Shown here: piece by piece, positions 8,978-18,060 of the stretch
Numbering within the stretch: position 1 is the first letter of the stretch
How the letters are laid out: every line of letters begins with the position of its first letter
Origin: a virus
Lineage: Duplodnaviria > Caudoviricetes
DNA: 64,000 bases
IMG/VR virus record: IMGVR_UViG_3300025127_007751
Span: 968 to 64,967 of that record
Direction: 5' to 3' (one strand)
The notes under the pieces: model-generated
What the model saw: the letters and a program-made list of their open reading frames with translations, nothing else
The model's database searches: none
Told to the model about the DNA's origin: nothing
Program-made: the position numbers and the translations under genes

Positions 8978-9490
8978 TTACTTATCAATATAATATTCTT
9001 TTTTTAATTGTTCAACCCATTTTTTAAGTCTTTCCTGTGTAAGTTCGGGTTGATTATCTTCATCTAAACATAAACCATAGAAAGTACTAGCATCAACTAA
9101 TGACTTGGGGGTTTCATCTAAGTCATATGAGTCATCGTTTTCCGTATAACCAATAACTTTGCCTCCATTTTCTATAATAACTTCAGCTAATATACCTATA
9201 CCATCACAAAACCATTCTTCATATCCTAATTGATCTCCTAAACCAAAAATAGCCACTGTTTTATCTGTAAAATCTATTGTTTTAAATTCTTCAAAATAAT
9301 CTTCCCAATCACTTTGAAGCTCACCATCATACCAAGTAGGTATGCCTAATATAAATTTATCATGATCCCAATCTTCCAGAGTTAAATCTGCAACAGTAGT
9401 AACATCAATACCATCTATTAACTTAGTTATATCTTCAGTAACTAATTCTGTATTACCAGTATCAGAACCATAAATCAATTTTATACGCAT
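8978..9490 (-). CDS. fldA: long-chain flavodoxin
   Basis: YGSDTGNTE, GIPTWYDGELQSDW, FGLGDQ, GLCLDEDNQPELTQER. Confidence 0.93.
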   Translation of the reverse strand: MRIKLIYGSDTGNTELVTEDITKLIDGIDVTTVADLTLEDWDHDKFILGIPTWYDGELQSDWEDYFEEFKTIDFTDKTVAIFGLGDQLGYEEWFCDGIGILAEVIIENGGKVIGYTENDDSYDLDETPKSLVDASTFYGLCLDEDNQPELTQERLKKWVEQLKKEYYIDK

Positions 9491-10263
9491 CTTTCAGTAT
9501 TAAATGCCATAATATGAGAACGGCCTGTAAAACGCCATCCTTTATCTCTGACAAAATTCATAACAATTGGATAGGATTCAAATAATGAATCTCTATCATC
9601 ACCAGCAGGCATAGCCCAAATTTTTTCTGCTGGTATGTTTAATTTTTCTATCATTTCATCTACTTCGGGAACCATAGATAATTCTTTATCTATTACAGGT
9701 TTAATATGATAATCAGAATGATAATCAATAGATTGCTTAATAGCATCTAAATTCATTCTTTTTGAATTATGCTTTTTAACCATTTTCTCATCTACTGTTT
9801 CTCCCTGAGGTGTTACAGCTCCCACCACTGGAATACTGTTGCTAAACTTAGGACTAATAGATAACAGATTAATAGGATAATCGGTAGGTAGGAAATGGGA
9901 TCCTTCTGTTTCAATCGTGATAAAAATTTCTCTATCATGAGCAAAATGGGTTAGTTCATTTACTAAAGCAGGATGCATTGTGGGAGAACCTCCTGTTAGC
10001 ATCATTTCTTTAATATGAGGATGCTTATCATACATGTCAATAATATCTTGAAAATTATAAGTACCTTTCTCTGGATGAATACTTGTATACCAAGAATCAC
10101 ACCATCCTCCTTCTCCAAAATAACATCTATGAGTGCATCCTGTTGTTCTAACAACAATTGTTGGGTAACCCTGTCTGGAACCTTCTGATTGTACTGCTGT
10201 ATATAATTCTAATACAGGAAGTGTTTTTTGATAGTCACCTATCCTTTTTAATTTTCTGTGCAT
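9481..10263 (-). CDS. queE: 7-carboxy-7-deazaguanine synthase (radical SAM)
   Basis: QSEG...VRTTGCTHRC...WCDS, LTGGSP, TIETEG, SISPK; next to queD. Confidence 0.9.
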   Translation of the reverse strand: MHRKLKRIGDYQKTLPVLELYTAVQSEGSRQGYPTIVVRTTGCTHRCYFGEGGWCDSWYTSIHPEKGTYNFQDIIDMYDKHPHIKEMMLTGGSPTMHPALVNELTHFAHDREIFITIETEGSHFLPTDYPINLLSISPKFSNSIPVVGAVTPQGETVDEKMVKKHNSKRMNLDAIKQSIDYHSDYHIKPVIDKELSMVPEVDEMIEKLNIPAEKIWAMPAGDDRDSLFESYPIVMNFVRDKGWRFTGRSHIMAFNTERCV

Positions 10264-10305
10264 ATGTTAATTTTTTAAAGTGGTTTTACAGTCACTATAT
10301 AAAAC

Positions 10306-10770
10306 TTATTCACTAAAATAAGCTGCATTTTTACCATGTTCCATAAACTTAACTTTGGTAACTCTTACTCTACCTTCAGTTTCGGTATCAACAAACTTAT
10401 TTAGTTTGGTATAAATATATTCAGCAAATTTCTCCGCGCCAGTTGCTGGTATTACTCTTACTTGAGCTACACCTGCTTTATCCATTTCTTTAAATGCATT
10501 AATATATGGATCATCTTCAGCAACAATTAAAGTATGATCAAACATATAATCCATCCATTCTTTAGGTGATTTACCATCAATTTGAGTTTTTGCCCTTTTC
10601 ATTCCTCCAAAATCCCAAACCCAATTTCTTTCATCTAAACCACCTTCAAAATATACTTTAAATGAAATTCCATAACCATGAACAAATCTACAGTGTGTAG
10701 TTTCTGCTTTCCATTGACGGAACACTGTACTAAACCCGTCAAATACTTTACTTGATTGATATTTACCCAT
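10306..10770 (-). CDS. queD: 6-carboxy-5,6,7,8-tetrahydropterin synthase
   Basis: HCRFVHGY, WVWDFGG, FDHT, GAE, EH motifs. Confidence 0.9.
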   Translation of the reverse strand: MGKYQSSKVFDGFSTVFRQWKAETTHCRFVHGYGISFKVYFEGGLDERNWVWDFGGMKRAKTQIDGKSPKEWMDYMFDHTLIVAEDDPYINAFKEMDKAGVAQVRVIPATGAEKFAEYIYTKLNKFVDTETEGRVRVTKVKFMEHGKNAAYFSE

Positions 10771-11011
10771 TATAAAAATTTAAAATTGTTTCATCTGGTT
10801 GTACCCCAACCATTCTGTTTAACTCATTTCCATTGCCATCTACTAAAACTAAACAGGGAACATTTCTAATCCCATATTTAGCTGACATTTCTCTATTTTG
10901 GTCAACATCAATTTTTTTATAACTAATTTGACCAGATAATTTCTCCATTCTTGGAGCTAATGCTTTGCATGGACCACACCATGATGCTGTAAAATATAAT
11001 ATTTTTTTCAT
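10763..11011 (-). CDS. thioredoxin
   Basis: FTASWCGPCK, YGIRNVP. Confidence 0.93.
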   Translation of the reverse strand: MKKILYFTASWCGPCKALAPRMEKLSGQISYKKIDVDQNREMSAKYGIRNVPCLVLVDGNGNELNRMVGVQPDETILNFYNG

Positions 11012-11205
11012 ACTAATTCTTCTATTATGCCTATTAACTCACTCAATATAAGAACCCCTACTGCAAAAGGCACGGAATACAGTAAAAGTCCATAACCAAC
11101 TAATCTAAATCCAGATTTAATAAAACTAACAATTTGATGCCATTTTTGGTTAGGCATATATTCCAAATTATCTCTATCTCTTTTTATATCATTTATATCT
11201 ATCAT
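11008..11205 (-). CDS. small membrane protein
   Basis: 65 aa, hydrophobic C-terminus, overlapping start/stop with neighbours. Confidence 0.65.
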   Translation of the reverse strand: MIDINDIKRDRDNLEYMPNQKWHQIVSFIKSGFRLVGYGLLLYSVPFAVGVLILSELIGIIEELV

Positions 11206-11894
11206 AATTTAACTTTTTGATATATTAATTTAACATTATTACCTACTAAGTCCTTACTTAATTTTCTCCAATTACTATTACCTTCTTCAATATAATGGTA
11301 AACATTACTACCCTTACCAATAATAGGATAATTAATTGTAACTTTTTCTATATCACCTTTTCTTTCTGGTGGAGTATCATAAGTATATTCTACCCAAGTA
11401 TTCATAAACCAATTATCATCTATAATTAAAACAGAACCAATGGGCATTTTATTTTCAATTGCTATAAATTCCCTCCAACAATGTAATGCAGATGGAAAAG
11501 GATTTTTTATATTAATATCATAAGAATCTAAATGAACTAAATTAGGAATAACTTTAGTATTATTTAAAAATTCTACAGAATCCCCAACATTGTGGTTTAC
11601 CTTTAAATTTAAATTTTTATAAAATTTTTTACTTTTATTTACTACTGAATTAGAAATATCAACTGAATGAAACTCACCTCCTGTCAACTCACTTAATTTA
11701 GCAAAAAATGCCCCAAAACAACCGTCATTAATATCCTGAGATGCTCCTGTTTCTATACAATTAATTTTGCCAGGAGAAAAAAGAGGTAAAATATCTAAAA
11801 GATTAGTTAATTGGTTTTTTCTCCAGGGGGTTAATTTAAAATGTTTTTTAAAAAAATCAGCAGCCTCAAAAACGGGATGTTTAAATTTTTTCAT
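11202..11894 (-). CDS. putative class I SAM-dependent methyltransferase (Methyltransf_24-like)
   Basis: IETG, FHSVDI, GDSVEFL, LVHLDS, SVLIIDD. Confidence 0.7.
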   Translation of the reverse strand: MKKFKHPVFEAADFFKKHFKLTPWRKNQLTNLLDILPLFSPGKINCIETGASQDINDGCFGAFFAKLSELTGGEFHSVDISNSVVNKSKKFYKNLNLKVNHNVGDSVEFLNNTKVIPNLVHLDSYDINIKNPFPSALHCWREFIAIENKMPIGSVLIIDDNWFMNTWVEYTYDTPPERKGDIEKVTINYPIIGKGSNVYHYIEEGNSNWRKLSKDLVGNNVKLIYQKVKL

Positions 11895-12090
11895 TATCTT
11901 TATCCTTTAAATTACTATTATAATCTAATATAAATCCTACCGCTACTATCAAATTCATACTAATAGAAGATAAAATTTCTATAGCATCGTGAAAGTTATG
12001 AATAGATAAATGGATATGACCAACAACCCAAAAAGGTATAGCTAAATTTTGACTTATCCAAATTAATAAAAATTTTATAAAATCTTTCAT
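11881..12090 (-). CDS. small membrane protein
   Basis: 69 aa, two hydrophobic segments. Confidence 0.65.
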   Translation of the reverse strand: MKDFIKFLLIWISQNLAIPFWVVGHIHLSIHNFHDAIEILSSISMNLIVAVGFILDYNSNLKDKDNEKI

Positions 12091-12102
12091 ATTAAAAATT
12101 TG

Positions 12103-12175
12103 TTGGCTCGCTAGGGATCGAACCTAGACTCTTCTGGACCAAAACCAGACGTGTTGCCAGTTACACCACGAGCCA
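12103..12175 (-). tRNA. tRNA-Gln (anticodon TTG), CCA not encoded
   Basis: Cloverleaf: acceptor TGGCTCG/CGAGCCA, D arm GTGT/ACAC, anticodon arm TCTGG-TTTTGGT-CCAGA, T arm CTAGG-TTCGATC-CCTAG. Confidence 0.95.
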
Positions 12176-12182
12176 AGTGTAT

Positions 12183-12977
12183 TTATGCTGAATAATCAGC
12201 TAATACTTTCTCAACTGAAGCTTTTGCCACTTCATAAGAAACAGGTCCCGTTTCATCTTCATATTGAACGGGATCAGGTCTTCCTAATGCTATAAATGCT
12301 TCGATTCTCTCAACTGATGATGCTGATTTATAATCAGAATTACCACTTGGATAAGGTTTATAAGATGTATTTGTTCTCTTATATACTTCATCAAAGTCAA
12401 TATCTAATACACCACAAAGATATTCTCCATCCTGTAATATACCATACTTGTCAGTATCAAGATAAGGTGTAAAATAACCTACTCTTTCAGCTTCCCAATT
12501 ACCAATCCTAAAAGCTGCATCATCTGCATCTCTAAATTCTTGTCTACAATCAGGATAAACCGCATGATCACCAGCATGTATTCCTAAACAAATATCAACT
12601 TGCTCCTGTGTAGCATTTGCTTTAGATAAAGCAACTGCCTGTGTAATAGAAGCAAACATTTTATTTCTATTAGGTACTACTGTTTCTTTCATATTTTCTT
12701 GCTCGTAATGACCTTCTGGAACATCATCTCCACCTTGTACTAAGGCTGAGTTTAATAAGTCAACTAAACCATCAAGTTTAATTTGCTTATATGTTACATT
12801 ATGTCCTTTACTAGCTAAATAATCTATAAGAGACTGTGCTCTTTCTAATTCAACTCTATGCTTTTGACCATAATCAAAAGATAAAGCTGTTACTGAATCA
12901 TACTCAGATAACGCTCTAAGTAAAAGTGTGGAACTATCCATCCCGCCACTTAGCGAAACAACTGCATGTTTACTCAT
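12183..12977 (-). CDS. queC: 7-cyano-7-deazaguanine (preQ0) synthase
   Basis: SLSGGMDSST, FDYGQKH, TVVPNRN, GIHAGDHAVYPDCR. Confidence 0.93.
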   Translation of the reverse strand: MSKHAVVSLSGGMDSSTLLLRALSEYDSVTALSFDYGQKHRVELERAQSLIDYLASKGHNVTYKQIKLDGLVDLLNSALVQGGDDVPEGHYEQENMKETVVPNRNKMFASITQAVALSKANATQEQVDICLGIHAGDHAVYPDCRQEFRDADDAAFRIGNWEAERVGYFTPYLDTDKYGILQDGEYLCGVLDIDFDEVYKRTNTSYKPYPSGNSDYKSASSVERIEAFIALGRPDPVQYEDETGPVSYEVAKASVEKVLADYSA

Positions 12978-13040
12978 AATAATAATTGATTTAAATTTTG
13001 CCAGGTATTATAAAGCGTATAGGCAAACGCATTTCGTTCT

Positions 13041-13847
13041 TTATACATATGAATTAACTTTTTTAATTCCATTTATTTCTCTAAATAATGTTGTATTATG
13101 TAAAACCATTAAATAATCAACATTTTTAAAATCTATATCAAAATGGTCATTCATATTTGCTTTAGGTTTTTCTGTTAACCCACTTTCTTTATACATTATA
13201 CCTTCTAAAGCAGCCATAACTGGGTTTGATGTATCTATAGATTTAATAAATTTACAATCTCTATACCAACCAAATTCTTGAGGTACTGAGCATCCTAATA
13301 GGTGAATATTATCATAATCACTTAATTCTTTATCATGGTACAGAGAACTAATAAAACTTAGTCTACCTAATGCCCTACCTAAATCCTTATTAGGATGAGG
13401 AAATAAATCATTATACCAGGTAGCACCATAAGATATTGCTATTTTTTCATAACCTAGTTCCTTTAAACTTCTAAAACTTTTATAAGCATCACTATAATCT
13501 TTACCTTGAGCTACAGCCATGGCTATACATTTTTTAGGCATAGGTATTTGTTTCCAATACTTTGCATAAACATGAGTTTGGGTATAATCCATCCATTCAT
13601 CTGGTACTATAAATTCATTAGGTTCTAATTTATACAACCAGTGTTTTAATCTATCCCATTTATATGCCTCACCTAATTCATGTAGTGAATTATCCATAAC
13701 AATATATCTTCCCTCCTTTTTAGCATCTAAAAAATATTGTTTATACTCCTCATCTTGATCTAATAAATGGGGTAGACAGTAGTCATAATCATTAAATTCT
13801 TGGGATGCCTTTAACAGGCAACGGGGTACTTCGTGACTTACTTTCAT
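13041..13847 (-). CDS. divergent TGT-fold transglycosylase, DpdA-like (7-deazaguanine insertion into DNA)
   Basis: IVMDNS, FIVPD, IHLLGC, KSIDTSNP resemble TGT/DpdA motifs; directly upstream of queC. Confidence 0.65.
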   Translation of the reverse strand: MKVSHEVPRCLLKASQEFNDYDYCLPHLLDQDEEYKQYFLDAKKEGRYIVMDNSLHELGEAYKWDRLKHWLYKLEPNEFIVPDEWMDYTQTHVYAKYWKQIPMPKKCIAMAVAQGKDYSDAYKSFRSLKELGYEKIAISYGATWYNDLFPHPNKDLGRALGRLSFISSLYHDKELSDYDNIHLLGCSVPQEFGWYRDCKFIKSIDTSNPVMAALEGIMYKESGLTEKPKANMNDHFDIDFKNVDYLMVLHNTTLFREINGIKKVNSYV

Positions 13848-13851
13848 AACT

Positions 13852-13883
13852 ATATTATACAAACCTTTATTTAAATCTCCAAA
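13852..13883 (-). promoter_or_regulatory. Bacteroidota sigmaA-like promoter (TTTG-N20-TATAATAT)
   Basis: Consensus spacing; upstream of the DpdA-like gene. Confidence 0.5.
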
Positions 13884-13888
13884 TAACT

Positions 13889-14035
13889 CTAAATAGTTCT
13901 AAATCTTCTTGAGCTGTTCCAATAAACTCTAGGTGTTCCACCTAAATATTTTTTGCGATATACTCTATCATTAAAATCATTTCTAATTTGATTTAATTGG
14001 ATATTTCCATTTTGTTGGTCATTATTACTTGTCAT
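13889..14035 (-). CDS. small hypothetical protein (48 aa, MTSNNDQQNG...)
   Basis: Hand-translated; ATGA overlap with upstream stop; fills the gap. Confidence 0.6.
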   Translation of the reverse strand: MTSNNDQQNGNIQLNQIRNDFNDRVYRKKYLGGTPRVYWNSSRRFRTI

Positions 14036-14529
14036 TTTTTAGCGGGGCGGCCTCTACGGCTTTTTATAAAAATTTTATTATATTTTTCTTCAATTTGATA
14101 ATACAAATCTAATATTGTGCCTATACATATATCTACTTCTTGGTTTATTTCATCTCTTGATATATCAAAATTTTTCATGAAATGTTTATATAAACTATCT
14201 AATTTATCTGCCTCATCCCGCTCATGATCTTCCCATAATCTTTTTCTTCTTGCACCTAATAATTTAGATTTTTCTAAATATTTTTGATAATCACCTTCAC
14301 ATTCATCTAACATTTCATTTAGCATATGTTCGCAAAGCCAGGCCTGTAATTGGTAAGGGCCCTGATCAAAGTCACCATTAAATATTTTATCACGGAAATC
14401 AGCTTTATTAGGTAATGGTTTATTCCTAGATTCATACCATCTCCACCACCTAAATTGATTATAATTTAATTTCTGGAACTTAGTAAGTTCTTTTTCAATA
14501 AATTTTCTACTTTGTGCTACATTAAACAT
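14032..14529 (-). CDS. hypothetical protein with C-terminal AT-hook-like RRGRP
   Basis: Likely start MFNVAQ at 14529. Confidence 0.7.
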   Translation of the reverse strand: MFNVAQSRKFIEKELTKFQKLNYNQFRWWRWYESRNKPLPNKADFRDKIFNGDFDQGPYQLQAWLCEHMLNEMLDECEGDYQKYLEKSKLLGARRKRLWEDHERDEADKLDSLYKHFMKNFDISRDEINQEVDICIGTILDLYYQIEEKYNKIFIKSRRGRPAKK

Positions 14530-14530
14530 A

Positions 14531-14671
14531 TTAACAAGGGCAAAATACCCATAGGGCAAAATATAATATATAAAAAACTAATGCAATAAACAAAAAAGAA
14601 ATAATGCCTTCAACTGGTTTTTTAAGAAATTCTTTGACTGCATCTCTATTGAATTTGTACCATTCTCTCAT
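14531..14671 (-). CDS. small single-TM membrane protein (46 aa, MREWYKF...WVFCPC)
   Basis: Hand-translated; lies just downstream of the promoter at 14695-14726. Confidence 0.65.
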   Translation of the reverse strand: MREWYKFNRDAVKEFLKKPVEGIISFLFIALVFYILYFALWVFCPC

Positions 14672-14694
14672 AACTTTTATTTTTGATTAACGGG

Positions 14695-14726
14695 TAAATA
14701 TACGAAATAATATCCGGGAATCCAAA
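14695..14726 (-). promoter_or_regulatory. Bacteroidota sigmaA-like promoter (TTTG-N20-TATATTTA)
   Basis: TTTGG-N17-CGTATATTTACCC, same boxes and spacing as 41158-41189. Confidence 0.65.
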
Positions 14727-14729
14727 TTT

Positions 14730-15881
14730 TTACATGGAAGGTTTAAATCTTTCTATTTCCTGATTTAACCTATTCCATTCATCACTTCCTACTGGATTTT
14801 TATCTCTGTCTAAGTATAAACTAGATAAATCTCTTCCATCAACAACTCCATCTTTATTATAATCTAAACTGGAATCATAGTGTTCTCCATCGTTACCATT
14901 TTGACCTATTATATCCATTCGTTTTTCATCTTCTTCTGTGTATTTAAATGGATAATCGCTGTCATTTCTACTAAATAGCTCAGCATGGATATCTTCTTCA
15001 GTAATTTCTATAGGTTTTTTTGGTTTATCCTCCACGGTTTCTCCATATAAATTTTCCTTATACTTTTTTTTTGGAAATGCTTGAAGCCAAGAAAAATTAG
15101 CTGCAATTACTAAACAAACAGCTAAAGGATCAAATACAAAAATTATAACTAAAAGTAAAATATTAATGATTTTATCCATAGGATAACCAGTTAAACCCGA
15201 TAGATACTTAAGGGGTCCTAATTCTCCAGCCACTTCTACGTTATTATCTAATTCAAGTATTTCACGTTGATATTTACGTAATGAATCTACTGCGATTTCT
15301 CTTTTTACTTGTATATCTTTTCTATTTTCTTCCTCAACTTTGATACGACTTTGTGCCAAGCGTAACTCAGACGTGGAAATGGTGTTTCGAACGCCTCCAA
15401 CCACACTGGTGTCCTTGATTTGGATAGACTGTGATTTGGCATTAGAAAGAGTACTAATATTGTCCAGTATTTGTTGAAGTTCTTTATCATATCTATTTAA
15501 ATCTATTTGGTAAAAATCTACTTTTTGCTGTAAAAATTTCTTTTCATTATCTACATAGGTAAGTTGGTTAAATGTATCCTGATAAGCTGCGGAAAGAAAA
15601 CCATATATACCCATACTTGTAATTAAAACTAACGTAATAGTGGCTATGGTTAAATAAAATCTTAAGTATTTATTAATTTCCGACCAATATTGATAAAGTA
15701 ACGAAGCAGTAACTAGTTTAGCCACTTCTAATGATCCCGCCATTATAATTACTTCAGTACTAGCTCCAGCAAATAACTTACTTAACCCAAAAACAGAATA
15801 AAAAGCTGCCGAACCAGAGACTGATAGTGCAGAAAATCCGATAAGGAAAGGTAAAAATCCTTTTTTTAAATTTTTAAGCAT
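14730..15881 (-). CDS. membrane protein with coiled coil (3 N-terminal TM, coiled coil, TM, acidic tail with EF-hand-like DYNKDGVVD)
   Basis: Hydropathy and heptad pattern. Confidence 0.7.
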   Translation of the reverse strand: MLKNLKKGFLPFLIGFSALSVSGSAAFYSVFGLSKLFAGASTEVIIMAGSLEVAKLVTASLLYQYWSEINKYLRFYLTIATITLVLITSMGIYGFLSAAYQDTFNQLTYVDNEKKFLQQKVDFYQIDLNRYDKELQQILDNISTLSNAKSQSIQIKDTSVVGGVRNTISTSELRLAQSRIKVEEENRKDIQVKREIAVDSLRKYQREILELDNNVEVAGELGPLKYLSGLTGYPMDKIINILLLVIIFVFDPLAVCLVIAANFSWLQAFPKKKYKENLYGETVEDKPKKPIEITEEDIHAELFSRNDSDYPFKYTEEDEKRMDIIGQNGNDGEHYDSSLDYNKDGVVDGRDLSSLYLDRDKNPVGSDEWNRLNQEIERFKPSM

Positions 15882-15921
15882 GGTTATAAATATAGGAAGA
15901 AGTAATAGAAAAGCCTACTAA

Positions 15922-16530
15922 TTATACTATATCCTTACTTTCAAGTAAAGTATAACTAAAGGAATTACCCCAAATTTCTCTAGCTGTTTGGCAAATATCT
16001 AAAAAAGTATGCCAATCATCATTATCAGCTATAACTTGACACCCAGCAGACCATTTATCCACTCTAATGGATTTGCCACCAGCTCTACCAGTTGCTCTAT
16101 GAATATTAATACCAAATAGTCCTTCATCAACATTATCTTCGTTTAGATCATATTTACCATCTTTATTTTTATCTCTATAAACTTTAACTGGTTCTTTTTG
16201 TCCTAAAGCTAAATATTTACCTTGATGTAGTCTTAATTTATGGGATCCTCTATATTGACCCGGTTTTAAAATAGCAACACCCTTTTTATTTAATAAATTT
16301 TGTTCCCAATGAGAACCGGGATCAGTAGTACATTTAAAGCAATGAAATTGCCATTCTCCATCTACTTTATAGGATAAAGTTAAACAATCATCAAAAGCAT
16401 TAGTTACCCTACCTTTTGTTTCCGAATTTCTTACTCCAATAATATTTACATCATAATCCCCACCTGTAAAATATTTATAACCTTTACTAGCCATAGCGGC
16501 TTCAATTTGTTCTCTTGTATAACAACTCAT
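15922..16530 (-). CDS. L,D-transpeptidase(YkuD)-like cysteine protein, candidate endolysin
   Basis: GINIH...WSAGCQV resembles the H...S-x-G-C catalytic motif; next to a holin-like gene. Confidence 0.55.
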   Translation of the reverse strand: MSCYTREQIEAAMASKGYKYFTGGDYDVNIIGVRNSETKGRVTNAFDDCLTLSYKVDGEWQFHCFKCTTDPGSHWEQNLLNKKGVAILKPGQYRGSHKLRLHQGKYLALGQKEPVKVYRDKNKDGKYDLNEDNVDEGLFGINIHRATGRAGGKSIRVDKWSAGCQVIADNDDWHTFLDICQTAREIWGNSFSYTLLESKDIV

Positions 16531-16532
16531 AA

Positions 16533-16790
16533 TTAATCTTTTTTATTACCAAATATCTTCCCTACTTCAGCTATACCAAAACAACCTAGTACAACTATAA
16601 CAAAGGAATCATAAATAAACTCATTAATAACTAAATCTTTTCCCAAATATCCAGTAAGTAAATCAGCAAAAGCAAATACAACCATTACAGCAAAAGCTAT
16701 AAATCCAACTACTGATTTTTCGTTTATGTCGTTCTTATCATCAAATAAATTTTTGAATCCCATCCATTTACGTTTTAAAATATTAAACAT
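16533..16790 (-). CDS. holin-like 2-TM membrane protein
   Basis: 85 aa, two TM segments, charged termini; upstream of candidate lysin. Confidence 0.5.
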   Translation of the reverse strand: MFNILKRKWMGFKNLFDDKNDINEKSVVGFIAFAVMVVFAFADLLTGYLGKDLVINEFIYDSFVIVVLGCFGIAEVGKIFGNKKD

Positions 16791-16828
16791 TAAACAACAA
16801 TTTAGTGAAACGATTTATTATAAATATA

Positions 16829-17362
16829 CTAATCTAGTAAATATCCATATGGAGTAGCATTAACATCTAAACCTATTGGCCAATTTTCTAGTCTTAGATC
16901 CACAGTCATATTTCTTTGAATGTATGGATTAAAAAATTCTCCTTGTGCTTCTAAAGAAATACCATTGCTTACACTTAAAACATCTACATTATTCCAAACT
17001 ATATACTCTTGATCACCTGGTATTTCTACTCCAGCATATTTGTTATCTGGACTTTCCCAAGTATAGTTTCCTAAGTCTAATAATTTTTCATCATCATTAG
17101 CATCTGAGTCTAAACAATATAAAGCAAAGTGTTGCCTATCCAATCTTGGTTCTCCATCATCAACTTGTAGATAAAGAATAAATATTTTTTTTACAATATT
17201 ATTTTCATATTTTCTACCAGCAAAAGTTTTAATTTGAGCATATCTTTCATATGGATCAAAGGATTGTCCATCTAGGCTCATTTCTATGGAAGGTAAAATT
17301 TCTTCTTTTTCACAACTAGTAAAAGTAAAGAAACATAACAGTATTAATAATAATTTTTTCAT
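16829..17362 (-). CDS. putative lipoprotein
   Basis: MKK-hydrophobic-FTSC lipobox followed by acidic EKEE. Confidence 0.75.
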   Translation of the reverse strand: MKKLLLILLCFFTFTSCEKEEILPSIEMSLDGQSFDPYERYAQIKTFAGRKYENNIVKKIFILYLQVDDGEPRLDRQHFALYCLDSDANDDEKLLDLGNYTWESPDNKYAGVEIPGDQEYIVWNNVDVLSVSNGISLEAQGEFFNPYIQRNMTVDLRLENWPIGLDVNATPYGYLLD

Positions 17363-17371
17363 TTTTAAAAT

Positions 17372-17773
17372 TTAAAATGCTCCAGCAGTTTTAACTTCTT
17401 CTATTGCTTCTTGCAATTCTTCCAAGTTTACAGGACATTCTAAATCTAGACCTGCCTTGAAACTTTCCTCAGCCACCCCATCTTTAAAAATTATTATTGT
17501 GGGGGCCATTCTCACCCTATATTCCTTTTTAGCTTTAGGTGCTTTACCTATATCAACTCTATAATATTTAACTCCTTTTATTTTGTCCCAATCACTAAAT
17601 GCATTTATTTCATTGAACTTAGCCCAAAATTCTACTACAACTATTGAAGATTCGTCATCTCCAAAAGCATCTTTGTTATTAATTATTTTATCAAGTGATG
17701 AATCATCTGCCCAATCTTGGGAAAAACTAGCAAAAGGTAATGCTAGCATTAAAATAAGGATAAAATCCCTCAT
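17372..17773 (-). CDS. secreted thioredoxin-fold protein lacking CXXC
   Basis: Signal peptide ...ASFS|QDW; VVEFWAKFN in place of WCxxC; PTIIIFKDG. Confidence 0.7.
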   Translation of the reverse strand: MRDFILILMLALPFASFSQDWADDSSLDKIINNKDAFGDDESSIVVVEFWAKFNEINAFSDWDKIKGVKYYRVDIGKAPKAKKEYRVRMAPTIIIFKDGVAEESFKAGLDLECPVNLEELQEAIEEVKTAGAF

Positions 17774-17774
17774 A

Positions 17775-18059
17775 CTACCTATTTTTTTGGATCTCATAAA
17801 GACGCTCATCAATCTTTTCGATTTCTTCTAAAATCTTATCTACATCGTCTTGTGTATCCATTATTGTTTGTCGAATTAATTCGTCTTTTAAATCATATTC
17901 GATCCTGTCTATCTCCGGTAATGGTAGTTCCTTTGCTTCAGCTATATCAGCTTGTAATGTGTACCACATACCAGCTAACATAACTACAAAAGTTACTATC
18001 ATACCAATTGTTTTTAAGTCTAAAGTTACTTTAGTATCTTCACCTATCTGTTTTGCCAT
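17775..18059 (-). CDS. single-TM coiled-coil protein
   Basis: N-terminal TM followed by heptad-rich helix. Confidence 0.7.
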   Translation of the reverse strand: MAKQIGEDTKVTLDLKTIGMIVTFVVMLAGMWYTLQADIAEAKELPLPEIDRIEYDLKDELIRQTIMDTQDDVDKILEEIEKIDERLYEIQKNR

Positions 18060-18060
18060 C

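Noticed and set aside
12103-12175. Suppressor tRNA or recoded stop codons
   Set aside because: The anticodon is TTG (Gln), and genes are full length under code 11 using TAA, TAG and TGA stops
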